A stretch of DNA of 64,000 bases. Source: an uncultured Candidatus Berkelbacteria bacterium (GTDB taxonomy: Bacteria; Patescibacteriota; UBA1384; UBA12157; JAENIV01). Positions 55,126-63,664 of this stretch are shown piece by piece. Location: contig OY969116.1 in assembly GCA_963698075.1 (NCBI GenBank), forward strand, positions 19,881 to 83,880, read 5' to 3'. Under the pieces are notes generated by a model. That model made no database searches, had not been told where the DNA came from, and was given only the letters and a program-made list of their open reading frames with translations. A program made the position numbers and the translations under genes. Numbering within the stretch: position 1 is the stretch's first letter; every line of letters starts with the position of its first letter.

Positions 55126-55729
55126 AATTCTTCCTGATTCCGTTTCAAAACTAATTGAAGAATTTGCCAAATTGCCGGGAGTTGGTCCAAAAACCGCCTC
55201 GCGACTGACTTTTTATCTTTTAACTAAAGGTGAACAAGATTTAAAAAACTTTGGCGAGGCCGTCTTAAATCTTAAAAAAATGCTGAAAATTTGCCAATCC
55301 TGCTATAATATAACTGAGAAGTCACCTTGCGAGATCTGTGAAGATCCCAAACGTGACCGGAGTATTTTGATGGTGGTTGAAGAACCATTAGATATTGTCG
55401 CCCTGGAAAAAACAGGCTTTACTGGACGTTATCATGTTTTAGGAGGAGTAATCTCGCCGATTGAAGGCATTGGTCCGGAAAACTTGCGTATTGGCGAATT
55501 ATTAGCCAGAATTAAAGAAGATAGGGGAATTAAAGAAATTATTCTTGCCACCGATCCTTCTTTAGAAGGCGAGGCAACGGCGATGTATCTTGCCCGTGAA
55601 TTTCAGAAGCTCGCTTTACCAAAATTAATGATTACGCGGATCGCCCGCGGTCTGCCGGTGGGCGGTGATCTTGAATATGCCGATGAGATTACTTTGACCC
55701 GGGCGTTGGAGGGAAGGAAAGAATATTAA
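55118..55729 (+). CDS. recR: recombination protein RecR
   Basis: HhH N-terminus, C4 zinc finger CQSCYNITEKSPCEIC, and a Toprim domain. Overlaps topA by 8 nt. Confidence 0.85.
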   Translation: MSRILPDSVSKLIEEFAKLPGVGPKTASRLTFYLLTKGEQDLKNFGEAVLNLKKMLKICQSCYNITEKSPCEICEDPKRDRSILMVVEEPLDIVALEKTGFTGRYHVLGGVISPIEGIGPENLRIGELLARIKEDRGIKEIILATDPSLEGEATAMYLAREFQKLALPKLMITRIARGLPVGGDLEYADEITLTRALEGRKEY

Positions 55730-55748
55730 TGCTGGAAGAAGGAGGAAG

Positions 55749-55943
55749 ATGAAAAAATCCGAACAAGCAGTTTGTTCAAATTGTGGTTGGTCGGGGGATG
55801 CCTTGGGTTTAACTCATTGTCCCGAATGTCACCAAGAGCTTATCTCTTTGGATTCGGATAAGCTGGAGAGTCGTCTTGGCCAAGAAAAATACCCATCAGA
55901 GGCAGTCGCCAAAGTTGAAGATGAAGATGATTCTGTTCAATAA
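55749..55943 (+). CDS. hypothetical small acidic zinc-ribbon protein (64 aa)
   Basis: CSNCGW...CPECHQ followed by an acidic tail. Wedged between recR and cysS. Confidence 0.4.
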   Translation: MKKSEQAVCSNCGWSGDALGLTHCPECHQELISLDSDKLESRLGQEKYPSEAVAKVEDEDDSVQ

Positions 55944-57275
55944 ATGTTAAGACTTTACAATAGTTTGACCAAAAAAATCGAAATTTTTAAGCCAATTAAA
56001 CCCAAATCCGTGGGGATGTATGTTTGTGGTCCAACAGTTTATTCAAGTGACCATTTGGGACATGGCCGAACTTGGATTTTTTTCGATTGGCTAAGGCGCT
56101 ACTTTTTAGCGAAAAATTTTAAAGTCAAATTTGTCCAAAATATTACCGACGTTGGTCATTTGCTAGATGATGCCGAAGAGGGTGAAGACAAAATTGAAAA
56201 AGAAGCCAAAGAAAAAGGCGTCAAACCAGAGGCAATCGCCCGACGCTTTGAAAAAGAACATTTTCAAGATTTAGCCAATTTAAATATTTTAAAACCAGAT
56301 TTCAATCCCCGGGCAACTGACCATATCAAAGAGATTATCGATTTTATTCAAGTCCTCATCAAAAAAGATCATGCTTACGTGGTTGGTGGTAACGTTTATT
56401 TTTCTGTCTCTTCATTTAAAGATTATGGCAAGCTTTCCGGCCGCAAGGTTGATGAAATGATTTCTGGGGTACGGATAAAATCGGACCCCAGGAAAAAATC
56501 ACCGGCGGATTTTGCTTTGTGGCTTAAAGCTGATTCAGGACATTTGCAAAAATGGCCATCGCCTTGGGGCCAAGGTTTTCCCGGTTGGCATATTGAATGT
56601 TCAGTGCTATCAACTAAATATTTGGGCCAACCTTTTGATATTCATGGGAGCGCTTCGGAACTTATTTTTCCTCATCATGAAAACGAAATTGCTCAAAGCG
56701 AGAGCTACGCTGATAAACCGCTGGCTCGATACTGGCTTCATGCGGGCATGCTTTTAATCAACGGTCAAAAAATGGCTAAAAGCACCGGCAACTTTATCAC
56801 CATTAAAAATGTTCTTGGAAATTATGACGCCGACACGATCAAAATTGCCTTTATGACCACCAACTGGCGAAAACCTTTCAATTGGGAAGGAAACGCCATT
56901 GAGGAGGCCAGAAAAGTCAAGGTTAAACTGGTGCGAGCCCAAAAAGAGGCCCAACCGCTCAAAACTGGTTTTAAAACCGAAATTAACAATGCCTTGGAAA
57001 ATGATTTTAACGTCCCACAAGCTCTAGCAATTATTGTGGGCAATTTAAGTAAGCTTTCCCGGGATGATTTTGATTATATTAAAGAGGTTTTTGGACTCAA
57101 GTTAGAAGATAAAACCAAGCTAACCTCAAAACAGGAGAAAATGGTTGCGAAAAGGGGAAAAGCCCGCGAAAAAGGGGATTACGGACGGGCTGATGAGATA
57201 AGAAAAAAACTAGAAAAAGAGGGGATTATCGTCGAAGACACCACCGCCGGGCCAAGAATTATCCCTAGATCTTGA
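55944..57275 (+). CDS. cysS: cysteinyl-tRNA synthetase
   Basis: MYVCGPTVYSSDHLGHGRTW (HIGH), KMAKS, and zinc-ligand Cys/His positions. Confidence 0.9.
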   Translation: MLRLYNSLTKKIEIFKPIKPKSVGMYVCGPTVYSSDHLGHGRTWIFFDWLRRYFLAKNFKVKFVQNITDVGHLLDDAEEGEDKIEKEAKEKGVKPEAIARRFEKEHFQDLANLNILKPDFNPRATDHIKEIIDFIQVLIKKDHAYVVGGNVYFSVSSFKDYGKLSGRKVDEMISGVRIKSDPRKKSPADFALWLKADSGHLQKWPSPWGQGFPGWHIECSVLSTKYLGQPFDIHGSASELIFPHHENEIAQSESYADKPLARYWLHAGMLLINGQKMAKSTGNFITIKNVLGNYDADTIKIAFMTTNWRKPFNWEGNAIEEARKVKVKLVRAQKEAQPLKTGFKTEINNALENDFNVPQALAIIVGNLSKLSRDDFDYIKEVFGLKLEDKTKLTSKQEKMVAKRGKAREKGDYGRADEIRKKLEKEGIIVEDTTAGPRIIPRS

Positions 57276-57338
57276 CTTTTCGGACAAAATATGGTATATT
57301 AGCAAGTTAAATAAGATAGGATGGAATTGAAAACTAAA

Positions 57339-57366
57339 AGGAGGCCAAGGAGTGCCTCTTTTTGTT
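57339..57366 (+). terminator. terminator-like hairpin after cysS (AGGAGGC...GCCTCTT followed by TTTGTTTT)
   Basis: 7-bp stem with one G-U wobble plus a U-run, read directly. Confidence 0.5.
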
Positions 57367-57565
57367 TTGGTCAACCTGCTGGCTGAGACCTGTGGAGAGA
57401 AGACTCAAAAATAATAGAGTCTGCCCCTCCTTCCCTGGTCTTGGCTAGCATGTTGCCCTAAACTACAGGCTTCGCCTGAGTTCAGGACAGGCCCAAAGCA
57501 GAGCTGGCCCTCTGTGAGGACACAGATTCGCATCGACATTACATCGGGATAGGAGGATACGCGCG

Positions 57566-58381
57566 ATGCGACGTACCGTCACAATCTTTCTAGCCCTGGT
57601 GCTCACATTCGTGAGTATCGGGCTAGCGTCTGCGGAGAAGTTCAAGCAGACGTCGACCCCTAAGCTGGGACACTATGCCAAGGTCTTCGATCCGGCGACC
57701 GGCCTTCCGCTGATAGTGGAAGGGCCTGATGGTCAGCCGATCGAATGCTCGGCAGACCAAGTCCCCATCGGTGCGACAGTTCGCGTCTACTGGCTGACTA
57801 ACGCCAATGGACGACACACCGTCAAGCTCACCGCCCGCGAAAAGGACGGGAGCGTTGAGCAGGACATTGTTGGCGGGCCGTACTACGTCGACTACCTCAC
57901 TAAGACGGACTACATTGGCCCCCACGTCTGTACTGCCAGCATCTGGACTGACGAAGAGCGGTGGGACCCGGCCGTCGAGGAATACACTGTCATCTCCAAA
58001 ACCCTCGAGCAGGCTCGGTTCAAGCCGCGCGTCATCACTGCCCCGCCCGGGACTCCAATCCCGCCGGGCGCCACGCCGATCAGTCCGCAGGTGGTTCCGG
58101 TGCCAGACGCTGATCCGCCAGCCATACCGACACCCGCGGCACCCCCTGTTGATCCTCTGATGGGTCTGAAGCTGGCAAGCAGGGAACAGATCCTGACTTG
58201 TACCTATGATCGGGTCAACCGAGTTCAACTTGGAGACCAGATCGTGGTAAAGGTTCGCGGACAGGTCGTCGGGTTGCTCGAGGTCACTCGTCTCGACCGG
58301 TTCGGCTACAATGCCATCCTGGTCGCAGGCGAGGCCCCTGTCGGGGCGGAACTGTACCTCAGGAATGGAGGCCAAGCGTGA
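57566..58381 (+). CDS. secreted hypothetical protein with Pro-rich linker (high-GC island gene 1)
   Basis: Signal peptide MRRTVTIFLALVLTFVSIGLASA, a beta-rich domain, a PPGTPIPPGATPISPQVVPVPDADPPAIPTPAAPP linker and a C-terminal domain. G+C is far above the backbone. The stop overlaps the next start (GTGA). Confidence 0.6.
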   Translation: MRRTVTIFLALVLTFVSIGLASAEKFKQTSTPKLGHYAKVFDPATGLPLIVEGPDGQPIECSADQVPIGATVRVYWLTNANGRHTVKLTAREKDGSVEQDIVGGPYYVDYLTKTDYIGPHVCTASIWTDEERWDPAVEEYTVISKTLEQARFKPRVITAPPGTPIPPGATPISPQVVPVPDADPPAIPTPAAPPVDPLMGLKLASREQILTCTYDRVNRVQLGDQIVVKVRGQVVGLLEVTRLDRFGYNAILVAGEAPVGAELYLRNGGQA

Positions 58382-59145
58382 AGCGTTTCACATCGGTTCT
58401 GATCGCTATCGCTGTTCTGATGCTCGCTGCAACCACCCTCGTGGTGGCGCAGGAAGAGGAGCTGGTCGGCCATGTCCCGGAGCTCCAGCAGTACGTCGAG
58501 GTTTCAGTGTACCACGACACGACCGGTCGCACCGAGGCCGATCTGGCGCAGCGTGAGAAGCATTTCATCTCGACAGTACCTCAGGCCGGTGGTCTTCGAG
58601 GTGCTGTGCGGGAGATGGTGCTCGCGGGTGTCGTCCATGTGCCCGAGACCGGATGTGGGAACTACGTTCCTGGCCAGTCCGTCCACTACTGGTCGATGTA
58701 CCAGGCCTGGACGGGGCCGCATAAGGCACGGGTTCCAACGGTCGCTGGTCCGCAAGGTCCACAAGGACCCGAAGGACCACAGGGAGTTCCGGGTCCACAA
58801 GGGCCGCCAGGACCGCAAGGACCGTCGGGACAGTGCTATGTCCAGTACATCGAGACCCCGCGCGTCGTCTTCGCCCCGGACACGCGGGCGATCTGGGTCC
58901 CGCAGGGGAACCCGCCAATGTTGTACCAGGCTCCCGAGTGGTGGCAATATCTCCTCGGGCCAGCCACAGCCTATCTGGGGCGGGGCAGAACCAACATCTC
59001 CTTTACCCAGAGCCAAGTAGCACAGGGTGGCCGCGGCGGCAAGAATGTCAACGTAAATGACAATGACAACACCGCGGTCGGCACGGGTGGCGACGCCACG
59101 GCCAATGCTGGTGCCGCGGCTGGAGCGCAGTCTCAGTCGCAATGA
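58378..59145 (+). CDS. secreted protein with collagen-like (Gly-X-Y)10 repeat (high-GC island gene 2)
   Basis: GTG start and signal peptide [53 protein letters not shown] repeat. The C-terminal [23 protein letters not shown] motif is homologous to the N-terminal region of the next gene. Confidence 0.6.
   Translation: MKRFTSVLIAIAVLMLAATTLVVAQEEELVGHVPELQQYVEVSVYHDTTGRTEADLAQREKHFISTVPQAGGLRGAVREMVLAGVVHVPETGCGNYVPGQSVHYWSMYQAWTGPHKARVPTVAGPQGPQGPEGPQGVPGPQGPPGPQGPSGQCYVQYIETPRVVFAPDTRAIWVPQGNPPMLYQAPEWWQYLLGPATAYLGRGRTNISFTQSQVAQGGRGGKNVNVNDNDNTAVGTGGDATANAGAAAGAQSQSQ
58747..58833 (+). repeat. collagen-like Gly-X-Y triplet repeat coding region
   Basis: Ten consecutive GXY triplets, mostly GPQ, read from the translation. 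Confidence 0.8.
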
Positions 59146-59292
59146 GATCATGCCCGGGTATAGCCCGGGTTTCGTACCCCCCACTTCGAAGTCTGAGGTG
59201 GGGGCAGTCTCTTGTTTCTTCAATCGAGGAAATAAAAGATTGCCTAAAGGTCGATAAAAGGTTTAAAAAAAAACAATTTAAAGGAGATCATC

Positions 59293-59892
59293 ATGACAAA
59301 ACTTATTGGTTTTCTTGCAACTGGCCTTGTCGTTTTAGCCTTTCCGGCCATTGCAGCTGCCAGTTCCAATGTTAACGTTTCAACCAATGACTTTACCTCT
59401 GTGAATGATTGGCTTGAATGGATTCCTGGTGAAGACACTGGTAATATTAACGTTAACGAAAACACCAACACTGCAATTGCAACCGGTGGAAATAGCACTG
59501 CCACTGCAGTCGCTGTTTCTCAAGCACAACAGCAGCAACAGACTAATAGTGACACCGATAAAAATACTGGTGGTCAGCAACAGCAGCAACAGCAACAAGA
59601 TGTCTCTGTTAATGCTGGCGGAAAAGGTGGAGTTACTGCTGAAGTAAAACAACAGCAACAACAGCAGCAAGGTGGCCAAAAACAAGAACAGCAACAGAGC
59701 CAAAAAGGTCAGCAACAACAGCAGCAACAAGTTGCTCAGGCTCAAAAGCAATCGCAGACGACCAAAGGTGGTACTTTACCAAACTCTGGTCCAGAATTAG
59801 CGGTTCCTTTTGCCTTAGCGACTCTTGGCACTTCAGTTGCGGCTTACCTTCGCCAAAAGAAACAGTTGGCAACCTTAGCGTTTCTTAAGTAA
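59293..59892 (+). CDS. Gln-rich cell-surface protein with LPxTG-like sortase sorting signal
   Basis: Signal peptide, poly-Q/low-complexity stretches, then LPNSG + hydrophobic segment + RQKKQ basic tail, i.e. the tripartite sortase-substrate architecture. AT-rich, unlike the upstream island. Confidence 0.65.
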   Translation: MTKLIGFLATGLVVLAFPAIAAASSNVNVSTNDFTSVNDWLEWIPGEDTGNINVNENTNTAIATGGNSTATAVAVSQAQQQQQTNSDTDKNTGGQQQQQQQQDVSVNAGGKGGVTAEVKQQQQQQQGGQKQEQQQSQKGQQQQQQQVAQAQKQSQTTKGGTLPNSGPELAVPFALATLGTSVAAYLRQKKQLATLAFLK

Positions 59893-60057
59893 GAACATCG
59901 TTTCGCGATAACCTTGTTTTCTTCCGCCTTCGCGGAGCGAAAATAACCAAGCTTTTAATCGTACCTTACACATAGTTGTCGTAAGACAACGCAAGAAAAC
60001 CTGCCTTAAACGGTAGGTTTTCTTGTATCTGGAGATATTTTCAGGTATAATAGACCT

Positions 60058-61029
60058 ATGGCCACCAAAGAAGAATTGGCAAAATTGCTAAAAATCGATG
60101 AGAAAAAAGCCAAGATCTCCGAGATTCAAAACGAGATGCAAAATCCCGTTTTTTGGCAAATCCCGGAAAAGTCAAAAACCATTACTCAAGAACTAGCTAA
60201 CCTAGAAAAAGAAATCGAGGAATTTGAAAAAGCTGGCACTCCTGCCGAGTTACATCAACTAGAATTGAAAGCAATTCTCGCGGATAAATATGATTATAAT
60301 AATGCGATTCTTTCGCTGCACGCCGGCGCTGGCGGCACCGAAGCTCAAGATTGGGCGGAAATACTTTTACGAATGTTTGAAAGATTTGCTGAGCGTCACG
60401 GCTGGCATTATCAAATCTTGGAAATTTCTCCGGGCGAGGAAGCAGGGATTAAATCGACCACAGTAAAAATCAGTGGCCCTTATGCTTTCGGGTTTTTGAA
60501 ATCTGAAGCCGGCGTCCATCGGTTGGTAAGGCTTAGTCCATTTGACGCCGACAAAGCACGGCACACCAGTTTTGCCTTGGTGGAAATTATTCCTGAGATC
60601 GAAACCGGCGAGGAAATCAAAATTGATGAAAAAGATTTGCGAATCGATGTTTACCGTTCGCGCGGCCACGGCGGCCAAGGTGTTAACACTACCGATTCGG
60701 CGGTAAGAATTACGCATCTTCCCACCGGCATCGTCGTCGCCGTCCAAAACGAACGCTCACAGCTACAAAATAAAACCACTGCCTTAAAAATTTTACAATC
60801 GCGTCTTTTAGCGCTAAAATTGAAGGAGAAAAAAGCAGCGGAAATCAAAATCCGCGGCGAACATCTTTCGGCTGGTTGGGGCAATCAGATCCGCTCCTAC
60901 GTTTTACATCCCTACAAACAAGTTAAAGACCATCGGACCGATTTTTCCTCCACCAATCCCGAAGATGTTTTAAATGGTAATCTGGACGGTTTCATCGAAA
61001 GTTATTTAAAGAAAGGAAAAAATGTTTAA
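60058..61029 (+). CDS. prfB: peptide chain release factor 2 (no programmed frameshift)
   Basis: SPF tripeptide (RF2-specific), GGQ motif RSRGHGGQGVNTTDSAVRITHLPTGIV. Single uninterrupted frame from ATG. Confidence 0.85.
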   Translation: MATKEELAKLLKIDEKKAKISEIQNEMQNPVFWQIPEKSKTITQELANLEKEIEEFEKAGTPAELHQLELKAILADKYDYNNAILSLHAGAGGTEAQDWAEILLRMFERFAERHGWHYQILEISPGEEAGIKSTTVKISGPYAFGFLKSEAGVHRLVRLSPFDADKARHTSFALVEIIPEIETGEEIKIDEKDLRIDVYRSRGHGGQGVNTTDSAVRITHLPTGIVVAVQNERSQLQNKTTALKILQSRLLALKLKEKKAAEIKIRGEHLSAGWGNQIRSYVLHPYKQVKDHRTDFSSTNPEDVLNGNLDGFIESYLKKGKNV

Positions 61030-61324
61030 CAAAGCCAGACAGCTTTACGATTTACAAAAAAAGGCGAGAGCCATTCAAAAAGAATTAAGAGACACCGAAG
61101 TTGAGGCCAAAGCCGCCGGCGGAGCGGTGACCATCGTTTTTAACGGCGAGCAACATATTCAAGAAGTTTCCATTGATGAATCGATGCTTGAGCCGGCCAA
61201 AAAACAAGAATTGGAGCATGCGCTCCAGCAAGCGATTGCCGAATGTGTTTCTCGAGTCCAAGCCGTTGCTGCCGAAAAAATGAAGGTAATCGCTGGCGAT
61301 TTAAATATCCCAGGAATGAGATAG
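61022..61324 (+). CDS. ybaB: YbaB/EbfC nucleoid-associated protein
   Basis: 100 aa with the YbaB pattern (basic N-terminus, VEAKAAGGAVTIVFNGEQHIQEVSID). Overlaps prfB by 8 nt. Confidence 0.75.
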   Translation: MFNKARQLYDLQKKARAIQKELRDTEVEAKAAGGAVTIVFNGEQHIQEVSIDESMLEPAKKQELEHALQQAIAECVSRVQAVAAEKMKVIAGDLNIPGMR

Positions 61325-61342
61325 CAAAGAAGTAATTACAGT

Positions 61343-62071
61343 ATGCAAAGTGTTATTTTTTATGGATTTTTATCCGTGGCTCCGCTCGTTATTGGTGCTT
61401 GGTTAGGCGCCTATCTTAATGTTAAAGAAAAATATCTTGGAGCAATTTCTGCCTTTGGCGCCGGGGCGCTGATAGCCGCTTTAACTTTTGGACTCATGGA
61501 AGAGTCGTTTAAGTTGGGTGGGTTGGATAATTCAATTATTGGGTTTGTTGTCGGTGGGGTGCTTTTTGTGGTTGGTGATCTTTTAATTATTAAGATCGGC
61601 GGTCGTGGACACCGGCGTTTTTACGATGTCGAAAGCTCAACCGGCTGGGGGATAGTATTAGGAGCAGTTTTGGATGGTATTCCTGAATCAATTGCCCTCG
61701 GAATCGGCTTACTTTTGAATAAAACAGTTGGTTTGCTGGTACTCGTGGCCATTATTTTAGCTAATCTTCCCGAGGCACTTTCTTCGGCCTATGATTTAAA
61801 AAGAGTCAAAAAATCAAATCGCGAAATTCTTCTAACCTGGGTTTTTGTCGCGATTGCTGGATTGGTCTTTGTTATTTTGGGTTATACTGTTTTTGCTCAC
61901 ATGTCTGAATCTGTGACCGCCACTTTTGAATCATTCGCCGCGGGTGCTATTTTAGCCATGCTCGCTGTTACCATGATGCCCGAAGCCTATAAAGAAAGCG
62001 GTTTGGATGCCTCGCTGGCAACAGTTTTGGGATTTTTGGTAATATTCATCTTATCGAAAGCGGGGATATGA
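61343..62071 (+). CDS. ZIP/ZupT-like divalent-metal transporter (degenerate motifs)
   Basis: 8-TM protein with LDGIPESIALG and ANLPEAL, resembling the ZIP HNxPEG motifs but without the His. Confidence 0.45.
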   Translation: MQSVIFYGFLSVAPLVIGAWLGAYLNVKEKYLGAISAFGAGALIAALTFGLMEESFKLGGLDNSIIGFVVGGVLFVVGDLLIIKIGGRGHRRFYDVESSTGWGIVLGAVLDGIPESIALGIGLLLNKTVGLLVLVAIILANLPEALSSAYDLKRVKKSNREILLTWVFVAIAGLVFVILGYTVFAHMSESVTATFESFAAGAILAMLAVTMMPEAYKESGLDASLATVLGFLVIFILSKAGI

Positions 62072-62631
62072 GACTTATCGTCGGGTTGGGAAATCCAGGG
62101 CCTAAATACGAAAAAACTCGACATAATATTGGTTTTATGATTTTAGAAAAAATTGCCGCAAATAGGGGAGTGGTTTTGAATGCGTGGCGTTTGGAGCCGC
62201 ATTATGAATCGCGTTTCGCCGAAATGGGGGATTTAGAGGACCGAATAAAATTAGTCGAACCCCAAACCTTTATGAATCAATCCGGCCGGGCAGTAAAATC
62301 GTGTAAAAATTATTGGAAAATTGACAGCGAGGACATTTGGGTAATTCATGATGATGTTGATTTGGAATTCGGGAAAGTCCGCATTAGTTTGGGTGGAACA
62401 TCGGCCGGGCATAAAGGAATCCAATCGATTATTGAAGCAATAGGGGGGAGCTTTTGGCGAATTCGTATCGGAGTAGGGAAGTCTGAGCAAATTCCGACCG
62501 ACGATTGGGTTTTGATGAATTTTAAAAAATCAGAAGCCGAGAAGTTATCTAAGATTATTGACGCGGTGGCTGATTTTGTGTTAGAATCTTTAAGTAAAGG
62601 TTTAGAAGAACAAACTATTAACATTAAATAA
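62068..62631 (+). CDS. pth: peptidyl-tRNA hydrolase
   Basis: MRLIVGLGNPGPKYEKTRHNIGFM N-terminal signature. The catalytic His and Asp are present. Confidence 0.85.
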   Translation: MRLIVGLGNPGPKYEKTRHNIGFMILEKIAANRGVVLNAWRLEPHYESRFAEMGDLEDRIKLVEPQTFMNQSGRAVKSCKNYWKIDSEDIWVIHDDVDLEFGKVRISLGGTSAGHKGIQSIIEAIGGSFWRIRIGVGKSEQIPTDDWVLMNFKKSEAEKLSKIIDAVADFVLESLSKGLEEQTINIK

Positions 62632-62654
62632 GATACGAACTACGAAAATTTACT

Positions 62655-62700
62655 AAAATACGAAAAAAATTCTTTAGTATTTTCGTATCCAATTCGTAAT
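62655..62700 (+). promoter_or_regulatory. candidate L1-binding leader hairpin upstream of rplA
   Basis: ATACGAAAA...(loop)...ATTTTCGTAT stem within a leader rich in TACGAA repeats. By analogy with the L1 autoregulatory leader that mimics the 23S L1 site (established for rplKA operons). The specific fold was not verified. Confidence 0.3.
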
Positions 62701-62731
62701 TTCGTATAGAAAACGACGTTAGGAGCGTATC

Positions 62732-63589
62732 ATGGGAACTCAAAGACCAGTAACTATTAGCGAAAGCCCTGAAGATATAGGCGGACCGATCGCCGAACAC
62801 CACGGCAAGAAGAAACTCAAAGCGAAAAGTGCAAAGCTTAAAGTAGAAGAGAAAATCAAAGAAGGAAAGTTTAAGAAAGAAAAACCTAAGACGCAAGAAG
62901 AAGCGAACGCTCCTGTAGAAAAGCAGGAAGCGAAGTCTCCCGAAGCCGAAGTCGAAGAAAAACCCAAGAAAGTCAAAGTTGGTAAAGCTAAAATCCGTTC
63001 TAAAAAATATCAAGAAATTATTAAACTTATTGATCGGACTAAAAAATACGGTGTTTCAGAGGCGATCGGTCTTGTAAAAAAAACATCACTTACCAAGTTT
63101 GATGGTAATGTTGAAGTCCATCTTCGGCTTTTGGCCAAGACGGGCAAACCGGAAAATTTACGTGGTCTCATCAAATATCCTCATCTGACCGGCAAATCGG
63201 TTAAGGTTGTGGTGATTGACGAAAAAATGGCCAAAGATATCGAAAAAACCGGCAAGGCAGACGCTGATATCTACCTGGCAACTCCAGCAATGATGCCTAA
63301 GATTGCCAAATTGGCCAAAATTTTAGGTCCAAAAGGCAAGATGCCCAATCCAAAGTCAGGCACGATCACCGAGAACACAGAAAAGACGAAAAAAGATCTT
63401 GAAACTGGCCAAGTTGAATATAAAACCGATTCTTTCGGCAATATTCATCAAATTATCGGCAAAGTCTCGGCAGAACCGAAAATCTTAGAAGAAAATTTCC
63501 AAGTCTTACTGGCTGCGCTTCCGCAAGATAGAATAGTATCGATCACTCTACACGCCACCATGGGCCCGGGAATAAAAGTCCAGTTGTAA
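62732..63589 (+). CDS. rplA: 50S ribosomal protein L1 with ~95-aa Lys/Glu-rich N-terminal extension
   Basis: The C-terminal ~190 aa match L1 (KKYGVSEAIGLVKK...FDGNVEVHLRL...GKMPNPKSGT...). The N-terminal K/E-rich low-complexity segment is atypical. Separated from rplK by about 12 kb. Confidence 0.75.
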   Translation: MGTQRPVTISESPEDIGGPIAEHHGKKKLKAKSAKLKVEEKIKEGKFKKEKPKTQEEANAPVEKQEAKSPEAEVEEKPKKVKVGKAKIRSKKYQEIIKLIDRTKKYGVSEAIGLVKKTSLTKFDGNVEVHLRLLAKTGKPENLRGLIKYPHLTGKSVKVVVIDEKMAKDIEKTGKADADIYLATPAMMPKIAKLAKILGPKGKMPNPKSGTITENTEKTKKDLETGQVEYKTDSFGNIHQIIGKVSAEPKILEENFQVLLAALPQDRIVSITLHATMGPGIKVQL

Positions 63590-63613
63590 ATTTTAAGAGT
63601 TCTCCAACCATGT

Positions 63614-63638
63614 AATTTACACTTACGAAGTGTAAATT
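63614..63638. repeat. perfect 11-bp-stem hairpin AATTTACACTT-ACG-AAGTGTAAATT
   Basis: Read directly. Lies 25 nt after the rplA stop and 27 nt before the transposase-like ORF, so it could be the rplA terminator and/or the subterminal hairpin of an IS200/REP element. Confidence 0.6.
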
Positions 63639-63664
63639 CATTGGTTAAATGTTACAATAATGAC

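Noticed and set aside
57623-59223. Long minus-strand and alternative-frame ORFs inside the high-GC island (57623-58375 -, 58472-59020 +, 58504-59223 -, 58565-58918 -)
   Set aside because: High G+C suppresses stop codons in every frame. Only the two plus-strand frames have signal peptides, sensible domain structure and translational coupling (GTGA).
60058-61029. Programmed +1 frameshift site in prfB
   Set aside because: The RF2 frame is continuous from the ATG with an intact N-terminus. There is no internal in-frame stop or CUU UGA context. This copy simply lacks the autoregulatory frameshift, as in a minority of bacteria.
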